This document shows, in pieces, positions 55,486 through 64,000 of a stretch of 64,000 nt of DNA. The stretch is taken from positions 137,826,001-137,890,000 of the forward strand of contig OZ038378.1 in assembly GCA_964036045.1 (NCBI GenBank), given 5' to 3'. Below the pieces are notes generated by a model. The model was not told the DNA's origin and did no database searches. It saw only the letters and a program-made list of their open reading frames with translations. The stretch is from Eutreptiella sp. 'Long Island Sound 2002' (Eukaryota > Protista > Euglenida). Both the position numbers and the translations under genes were made by a program. Numbering within the stretch: position 1 is the first letter of the stretch; each line of letters starts with the position of its first letter.

Positions 55486-57520
55486 TTGAGTAATGTTGCG
55501 TGCTGTGAAACGTTCCCTTATGACACCTTTTTTTCATGTGCAACCCCTCCCCTCCCTGCAATCATCCAACCGCCGCACGCCACTGCTTTTTTTTTTACCC
55601 CAACTCTTTCTTTTTTTTTTTTTTGCAGTGGACCACTTGTCGAGCAACGTGGCCATGTGTTGGGGTGCGAGAACGCAGGGCCGCTGCCATTGGAGGCTGG
55701 GGAGGCCCCAAGACCAGTACCCTCGAAGCCAGTCGGTCTTACGGTGGAGAATTTGCAGAAGATCGCGAAGGAGCAGCGGTTCGACCCCCCACGCCGGCCC
55801 CCGTCAATGGCAAGCACAAAGTTTGGAGGTGAACCAACCGACATGACGGATGAGGAGATCAATGAGCGGCTCGTGAAGGGGGTTCAACGCTGTTCGTTGT
55901 TGGCAATGGAGCTGGTCCTCGGAAGCAGTCTACAACTGCCGGAGACTCGAGGCATGTACGTGCTGACGTCCAGGGCATGGGTGGAGGAGATGCAGCGCAG
56001 GGAAGCGTGGTACGAAGAACAACCACAATAGTACTACAACGAGCCGCGAGTGAAGAAGGTCAAGGTAAAGCGCAAGCGAGCGACGAAAGCCGACCCCGAT
56101 GAGGAGAAGAAGGCTACGGATGCGGCCGCTGAAGGGCCGGCAGTGGAACCGGCGGCAGTGACGCAAGACTCCCAAGACATCGTCCCAGTCCCGAACCCGC
56201 AGCTACGGTATTTGGGGTGAACTACATGTTTTGGGCACCAGGTGGCAGAGGGGTTGCAAGGGGTTGCAAGGAGGTTGCATACGGGTTGCACGATTTAGGC
56301 GGTTGCATTCAAGCGGTGTCATCAGACGGTTGCATAATTTAGCGGTTGCATTCAAGCGGTGTCATGAGGCGGTTGCACAATTTAGCGGTTGCATTCAAGC
56401 GGTGTCATGAGGCGATTGCATATTTAGGCGGTTGTCAAGTATGTCGCCGGTTGCACACTAAAAAACCGGTGTCATACAGCGGTTGCACACTATTCTTTCG
56501 GGCGGTTGCAACGCAAAAAAGCGGTGTCATCTAGCGGTTGCACAATTTTCCGACAGTTTTTGTCTTGTTTGCAGGTTGCGGAACATAGACGTGTGCAACC
56601 TGCTGCCCATGTGCAATCGGCAGTGGCACTGTGCTTGGCGATCCGGCGCCTGCTGCGCGTGGGGACGAAACAATCGTTCCCCATAAACGCAAAAAATGTC
56701 GCCAATTTGTTCCGCGAAAGCCCCATTCGACTAGGCTAAAACTTGATGTTTTTAGCGACATCATGCCGGAGTCACGTGATCGACATGTTTTTGTTCTGCT
56801 CGAAGACTGGTGTTGTAAGGCGGGCTGACCCCAGAGTCACAGGGCAACTAACACCAAGCGAAGTAGTGGGCCGGTGGGCCACAAAAATTCCAGCCGGTGT
56901 TGCACTTTGTGCCGACTCCTACTTTGGTAGCCATGCCGCAGCCAAAGCATGTGCGTCACAGGACACACCATTCCTTTTTTTAACAAAACGTGACGAATTT
57001 GGTGTATACAAGGTGGGACACGGGATAAGACCCGGTCATGTTTCGACGGCCACCCATAGGCGTGGACACTAGAGTGCGGCAGTATACTAAAACCCAAAAG
57101 TTGGGTTCAGGCTACCGCGTGTGGTACCACTACTAACAAATTTCACATTTGAGAATTGGTGCTGGTGGTCGGGGCGTGCTGAAATACACATAGCCACAAT
57201 GTCGACACAACACACGAACAAGCGCAAATGCACACGCAGGGATTGCCTAATAGACTATGGAGGAGAGTGCAAGAATTCTGGCAAGCGTGGGCCAACCAGG
57301 TGCAGATGAGGCATGAGCTGCTCAGTCAGGCACAGATCCCGTGGGACTAGGTGGCGGGCGTACAGTCTGCAGCGCACCAACAAAGTGCTGTGCAATACTT
57401 CTCATAGCAGAGTGCGGAGAATCGCGCGCATGTGTAAACTAGCGCACGATACCCCCCTGTCAATGAATGTTGAAGATTGTATCAATATGTGCTGTATGGA
57501 CTGTGCTGCCCATACGTGGG
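55486..57520 (+). pseudogene. Decayed piggyBac-like transposase of a second family; boundaries approximate
   Basis: DETIVPHK...RQFVPRKPHST; CADSYFGSH; VVPLLTN, aligning with copies 1 and 2 across frameshifts. Confidence 0.75.
56242..56574 (+). repeat. GCGGTTGCA / GCGGTGTCAT array inside a putative GT-AG intron
   Basis: ACCAG|GTGGC ... TTTGCAG|GTTG; the splice gives LHVLGTR-LRNID, resembling FYVLQR-LADPD. Confidence 0.6.
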
Positions 57521-57759
57521 GCAGCGCGGAGCAGACGGTGCGAGAGCACCGACACAGCGATATTCCTTTATCTAGGGCGGGAACATGGTCAAATTTGGGG
57601 TAACATGTCACTTTTTTCATGTTGGGGTATATGGGCGTTTTTTGATTTGCCGGAGCTTGGTAGCATTGTGTCACCCTCTCATTCAACACATGTTGTAGCA
57701 AGAACCCCAAAGTTTGCCTTTTCGTGCTTGTTGTTACCCCCCACCTGGTCTCCTGCTGC

Positions 57760-59533
57760 AAACCTTGAGTGTCACGGTAACAGGTATACGGGGTAACACC
57801 ATAGCGGTTACATCAGTGGTAACAATAACCAAATGGGCAGAGATACAGTAACAAATGAAAATGAAATTTCCTCAAGAAAACGCGACCTTCACGACCCTTT
57901 CACTTCGATCTTAGCACCCGAGCACTCCAGAATGAATTTTTTGTCTTGATTTAACGTGCCTATTTGTTGCAAACCTAAAATTGTGCCCAATAGATCTGCA
58001 GAGGCATTTCTCCCTCTAGGTAACATTTTTCTTGGGTAACAGGTGAGCGGTTACACCTGCGGTAACATTACACTTGTGCCCAATATGCACAAGCATCTGT
58101 CAATCTAGGTAACATTTTTCCTCCGTAACAGGTCAGCGGTTACACGTGCGGTAACACTACACGTTCCAATCATGTTCCACTAGGGCCCTCATTTCCCTCA
58201 TTAAGCCCCTGCCACCGGTTCCAAAGAAGTTTTACAAGGAGCTGGGCGGCGGATCAACGTTATATAGCGTCCGCTGGGGTAATGTCGCCCGTGCTGGCGC
58301 TCCTCTGGTCCTTCAGGTATCCCCCTTGTACTATTGCTTGGTGTGCTTGGTTTTCAACGGGGTGGGTAACAGGTTCCTGTCACGGGTAACACAGGGGTAA
58401 CATCCCCCATTAGTCCCCTTACCTTCCTTGCAGTTGAAGGCCAAGAAACAAGGCCAGCCCAACTTCGTTTGCGGCTGGGTTTCCAAGGGCAGCCCGTCGT
58501 CCGTGACTATGAAGACGGCGTTGGCCTACAATGTTGATCAGGGTGAATGTCTGGACATTCAAACCCTCCAAACCTTTCAGGCAAAGGAGTGTGCCAACAC
58601 CCAGGGTTTTTACAAAGGGGGGCAAGCGAAGGCCAAGGGCAAGGAGGTGCAGGCAACAGGCAGTGGCAATCATTCAGTAGCAGCCAATGGAGCCCCCACC
58701 AAGTCAGCCTTGAAGCCCCCAAAGCAGACCCGAACACTCACCCCCGCTTCAGTTGCAGCCAAAGCAGCCCGGCAGAGGCCCCAAATGGATGTTTGATAAG
58801 GACAGTGATGATGATGATGAGGGTGACCAGGCAATAGGTGAAACCCCCGACGAGGATGTGGTGGAGGAACATGATTTGGAGGAGGATGAACCAGTACCGG
58901 AACCCAAGAGCAAACCAAAAAAGGCGAAAGGGAAGGCCACACACCCCAGTTTTATCTTTACGGGTCCGTCTTCTGGTGGGGCCAGGTCCATCTCTGCCCG
59001 CCCCACGAGGGCAGAAAAAACTCTTACTCCAACAACCTACCTACAACACCTAGAAAGGGCCAAGTCCCATGTCAGGGAAGAGTTGGGGGCCAGCCTCAAA
59101 GATCTTGCAACCCATTACCAGCAGTGATTGGCGGTGACAGGTCCGGCTATTGTGGCTGAAGATGGGACCCCCCACAATGCAGAAGAAGACCCCAGAGCCA
59201 CAAGTGCGAGAAGAAGAGAAAGATTTGGATGGGCACGGACTAGAAGATGTGTGATCCGTGTTACCCTGGTAACGGGTCAACGGTTACACACGTGGTAACA
59301 ACACATTGTCATGTTTAATTGCCATCTAACTGTTTCGCAATGTGTTCCTATGTAGGTTGGGGATCGCCATCCCTGTCATGGTCAACCGAATTGGGGCTCG
59401 CCGGGAACACACCGGAGCTTCCCCGACGTGCCTGGATCGGGCGAAGCAGAAGTGGCGGGTCGATTTAGGGACAGAGAGGTTTCTCAGCGATGATGAAGCC
59501 CGAAGTGAAGCACGTATGTTGTTTTCACTGGTG
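57760..59533 (+). other. Unclassified decayed spliced gene (W) with GGTAAC/GTTAC repeats upstream and in introns
   Basis: Intron 58317-58433 joins PLVLQ to LKAKK in frame; second GT-AG candidate 59249-59355; interrupted by Z. Confidence 0.45.
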
Positions 59534-62500
59534 TGTACTCTTCGTGAACCCGCCGTTTGAATGGGACATCCACGGTAACGTGAACTTGACAACTTTTTGC
59601 TCTGTTTTGCGCGTAACTTGGTGCCATCGTGTGCGTTTTTCGTGCTATCTTCGCCCAAAGCATGGTCCAACAAATGTGTGCAATTTAGAGGCTTTAAGTA
59701 GCCACATGGTTCAACATATTTGGTGAGATTCGGTCGAATTTGAAATTCACGCACCCAAATTCACACATAAATTCACCCTAGGTTCACAGATTCACGAGTC
59801 TTTGAAATTCGCACGAAATTCGTACAAAATTCGTACGAATTGCGTACAAAATTCGTACGAATTTCACGTGAATTCGCCCCAATTTCCCTTGTTTCGCTTT
59901 CTCACAGCTCTCAAAGGCTTTATTTGCCTTTTCTTGTGAACATGTCCCAGCAAACGTTGTCGGAGCTCCCCTCCTTGCAGTCCCGCCCCGATCCTAGTGC
60001 CGACACCCTGGCGCAGTACCAAGCCCTCCCTGTCGCCCACCACCAAATGGCGGAGGCGACCTACCAGTCTGGGGCACTGGGGCCAGACCATGTAGTGGGC
60101 TGGGCAGCATCCCTCGACCCCTCCCTTGAGGCAATTCACATCGACTTGCGCAGCCCCTCCCGCAACTGTTGTCTTGGGGGAAGGCCTGGGCGACAAATTT
60201 GTGGAGGGAACTCCGCTCCCAACTCCCTTCCCTTAATTTTTTGCATCTGACCCCTCAACCCGCCACCATTGACCAACTGCTCAAGTCCATGCGTACCAAC
60301 ACGGTGGGGAAGCCCAAAGGCGGCCACGTCTAGATGTACCCCACCACTAACCTTACGTATACCCCCCCCCTGAATGCCACATGGTGTGCCTTCCGCATCT
60401 TACTGCAGGGGCAGCAACTGACCATTTTTTTTGCCCTTCACCTGGCACCTTGCTAGCCCACGGTGGTGGGAGGATTTGGGCATCGCCCCTTTCCATCCCA
60501 CCATCCAAGCAAAGGTTCACATCCCCGACATCACCCACCCCACCTTCTACAGTACAAGTTCTTTGCAATGCTACCGTGGTGCCTCATGTGCCCCCCCCCC
60601 CTTCATTTCGAGTGAGCCCCCCCTCCGCACCGAACCCCTTCCCCAAACCCCTCATGGGGTTCTGGGCAACCCTGACCCCGCCCCCAACAGGGTTGGCCCC
60701 TCCCAGCCACCCCTCAACGTTGTTGTAGGGAACGGCTACATTGTGCTTCGGGGGCTTGCGAAGCACGTGATTGCGAGGTGGGGTGCGGGAAGGTGATGAA
60801 GGCGGGGGGCTGCGGCGACGAAAAAGTCGTCACAAAAAAATTTGAGTGGCTGTTCAACGCCGCGCGGAGTGAAGATCAAGCAAGGTATCCGGATCTCCCG
60901 CGGTGTTGGCAAAGCAAAAACTTCCTGTACCAGGGGGTGGGGGGCCCTCTTTTAAAGAAGTTCCACCCCCCCGTCATGGAAAGCGTCCCTCAGGTTGGGA
61001 AGCTCCACCCAACGACACCGGGCAGCGTTATCGTGGCGAGTGTGGGGAGTGGGCCACAGCTCCTGCACACCGATGTCGCCACCAACCCCGAGGTGCTCCC
61101 CTACGACAACAGGGACATCACGGGGTGTCACCTGAGTAGCTTCCTCTGCCTTTCGGAGGAGTACCAGCTGGCGGTGTAGGCGGGGACGGCCCTGGGGGAT
61201 GCGGGGGAGGTACGGAGGGACACCATTGAGCTGCAGAGGGGAGACGCGGTGCTGATGGCGGCCACAAGCCGCCACCATGGGATGCCTGCCCTCTCCGACT
61301 CCAAGGATGCGCTGGAGGGGGCTTGTTTTAACTTGTGGACCCCCGAAGCCAAGTACGGCCACCACCAGCCCAACACCACGCACCTGGACCCCCCCCCCCC
61401 TCGAGGCCCTGGTTGTTGCTGGGGATTTGTCCGGCTAGGATTGCCCTAGGGTGGACCAGGTGTTGTGAGTGGAGAAGTGGGTGGTTGGGAGGGTGGGCTT
61501 GTGGGAGGGGGGTGCTGCCTAGCCCCTCTTCGCCAACGCCCGGGAGGCGGTCCTGGCCGGCCCCCCCACCTGCCCCTTCCACCCCACCGTCCTCTCCCGC
61601 TCCGCCCCGAGCTCCGATCTCGCCGTCATGGAGATCGCCGAGCAGAGTATCCTCTTTTTCGTGGGGAACGTGCACCAGATCGAGATCTGCAAGGGGGACA
61701 ACGTCGATGCGGAGTCGGAAATCCACATCGTCATCTCGTCCGTTGCGGCCCCTGATGCGGCCGACCACGCTGTGGCATCTCCTCAACAATGCCCCAGCGT
61801 GGCGGTCGTTCAAGTGTTCGAAGGCTGGGGCATGGTCAATCACATGTCCATGTGCTTGCAAGGTGTGCTTGTTTGTGTGTTTGCTTCTTCATTGCCAAAT
61901 TGGACGAAATTCACGTGAAATTCGTACGAAATTGGTATGAAGCTCCTACGAATTTCGTACCAATTTCACGAGAATGGCTGGGTGTGAATACAGATGGTTA
62001 CATGAAATTCGTGCGTATTCCGTACGAATTTGACGTGAATCTGCGTGAATTTCGTCCAAATTGTATGTTTCATTGGTGCATTATTCCATCGTTGCTCCCC
62101 CTTCCTCCATTGGTGCCTTGCACACTTCTCCCCGCTTGTAGGGCCCGTTTCACGCCTGGTCGCCGGACGTCCGGAACCAAGCCCGGCGGCGATTCACGCC
62201 GCACCAGCGTGTGCAACTGCCCAAGCAGGAGAGCGAGGTGGCCCACGGCACTGGTTGTGGACGGGCCCCGAGTGCGGCCGGCAGTGAGCACAGTGAGGCC
62301 TCTTGGGAGGCACTGCAGGGAGCCACAGCGAGGCCACCTCCGGTGCGGGGCATGGGCAGTCGGCTGTGCGGGAGGTGGTCGTTCCCATGCCGTCCCGCGA
62401 GGACTTGGGTACCGCCCGCGTTGACCCCCCCCCCCCCCCCGTGCCCGGGTCACCCTCGCCCACGCAGCCGGATCCGGCCTGGACGCACAAGGTGGCGCTT

Positions 62501-63020
62501 GGGCGCGACGGGCGGCAGCGGCATCTCTCTGCCGTGTGGGACCTGCCTTGGAAACCCCGTGGGTGCAGGCCGACCTCCGCATCTCCTTCTCCTTCCCCCT
62601 TACGATCCAAGGTGGTTCCCACCTGCCCGATAGGCAGGAGCTGATCGGCATGTTTGCCTACCGGCTTGTAAGCGGGCACTAGCGGGTGCCGACAGGGCTG
62701 GCGGGAATTGGGGACAAGGGGACGGTGACCAGGGGTGGGGTCGTTGGGCTGAATATGGTCACGGGGGGGGGGAGAAGCGGAAGCCGGAGTGGGTGGACGT
62801 GGCATGGCTTGCCATGCGCGTCCACGTGGGGAGTCAGCGGAAGCGGAGGGTTGACGTCATTGACGTCGAGGGGGAGGAGCCCCCCCCCCCCCCATGCCCC
62901 CTCCTCCTGGAAGCGGAAAGCCCAGTCCCCCCCCCCAAGGGGACACCGATGATGCCCCCCCCCCCCCCCAGAAGGCCCCGTGTCCCAGGGATATGCGGAG
63001 ATTTGTCTGCAGCATTTTGG
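59534..63020 (+). mobile_element. Z: diverged X-family element; other end and transposase not seen; right boundary approximate
   Basis: Starts TGTACTCTTCGTGAAC; colinear with X2 38357-41700. Confidence 0.82.
59942..63000 (+). pseudogene. Z gene A (exon 1 59942-61862 with dioxygenase, intron 61863-62141, exon 2)
   Basis: PQLLHTD...SSFLCLS...RGDAVLM...RHHG; AAG|GTGTGC ... TTGTAG|GGC, phase 0. Confidence 0.75.
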
Positions 63021-63910
63021 TCGGTCACTGCACCTTCTTTTGGTGCGTCAGAGATGCGGCTTTTGCGTGTCTAGTTACAGTAACTGGTTCTGGTGACGTC
63101 TGGGGCATCCTGGCCCGTTTCTGTGTGCTTTTGGGGAGTGCCAGTGAGCTGAGAATGGGTATGGCATGTCCATCAGGTGCCCTGAGACGGTCGTGGGCAC
63201 ACGGCGAACCACATGGTGGTGCATGAGCGCGGCCAGTTGCTGCTGGTGGGGTATCACTTGCTATCTCGTGTGCTGCGGTTTGTTTCTGGTGCCTGGTGCA
63301 GATAACACAAGCGCAGTGGTCAAGGCTTCTCAAAGGTTCCAGCGATATGCGGAGATCTATCTGGGACGTTTCGATTAGTCAAAGTAGCTTCTTTTGGTGC
63401 GTCAGAGATGCGGTTGCGTGTGCAGCTACAGTGACTCGTTTTGGTGACGCCTGGGGCATCATGGCCCGTCTCTGTGTGCTTTTTGGGGAGTGCCAGGATG
63501 AGCTGAACCTGGGTATGGAATGTCCATCGGGTGCCCTACGAACGTCGTAGGCATACGGAGGACAACATGGTGGTACAGGAGCTGTTGGGGTGTTGCTGTT
63601 GGGGTGTTGCTCTCTATCTCGTGTGCTGCGATTTGTTTCTTGCGATTGGTGCCGGTAACACAAACAATCGTCAGTGGAAGCGGGTGGATCCAGCAGCCTG
63701 TGGGGCATCATGGCCCGTGCTAGCAGTACTTCGGCTTTGCATCGTGCTGAGGTCTTACAGTAGTCCCAAAGCTACGCGGTGATGTGTCTGGGGCATTTTG
63801 GTCCGTCAATGTAGCTCGCGTTTTGTGCGTCAGCGATGCGGGATCTGCGGGTGCAGTGATTGCAACTGGTTCTAGTGGCGTCTGGGGCATCATGCCCCGT
63901 GCAGAGGTCC
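63020..63910 (+). repeat. Degenerate tandem repeat with roughly 350-430 bp units
   Basis: TTTTGGTGCGTCAGAGATGCGG...CTGGGGCATC(C/A)TG at about 63038, 63392 and 63820. Confidence 0.7.
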
Positions 63911-64000
63911 AGGCTTAGACATGTTCCTGCTTGCTCTTTGTCATCCTTTGCTGGTTGTGCCCGATAGTGCATGTAGTGAGACACTTTGGCTTGTTCGGTG

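Overview
Eukaryotic, almost entirely transposon-derived 64 kb window; I see no confident host gene. The host is probably a protist. A euglenozoan such as a euglenid is suggested by the VIPER-like YR element, a divergent LSU rRNA and pyrimidine-tract/AG sites just upstream of ATGs, but this is inference. The window resolves into two nests plus a cluster of DNA transposons. Nest 1 (0.7-15.9 kb): Penelope-like element (PLE) B contains piggyBac-1 (ATAT TSD), which contains full-length PLE-A, which contains piggyBac-2 (ATAT TSD). Nest 2 (16.8-47.2 kb): a tandem pair of PLE-C carries a gag-YR-RT/RH retrotransposon with split direct repeats, two TGTA...TACA DNA transposons (X1, X2) and a 302-bp insert. 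The rest (47.9-64 kb) holds a related element Y, a decayed piggyBac, an unclassified spliced gene and the start of a third X-family copy (Z). Most interesting: X2 and Y are two-gene DNA transposons with 2-bp TSDs. They pair a RAG1/Transib/CACTA-clade transposase with an intron-containing gene encoding a PhyH-like Fe(II)/2OG dioxygenase; Z has the X-type end and dioxygenase gene but no transposase within this window. All carry CpG-rich repeat arrays at the ends, inside the intron and between genes. Also notable: PLE-A and PLE-C have the N-terminal GIY-YIG (Chlamys/Naiad) layout plus an extra LINE-like ORF1, and all three PLE families have DN instead of DD in RT motif C. All assignments are by eye from motifs; no database search was run.
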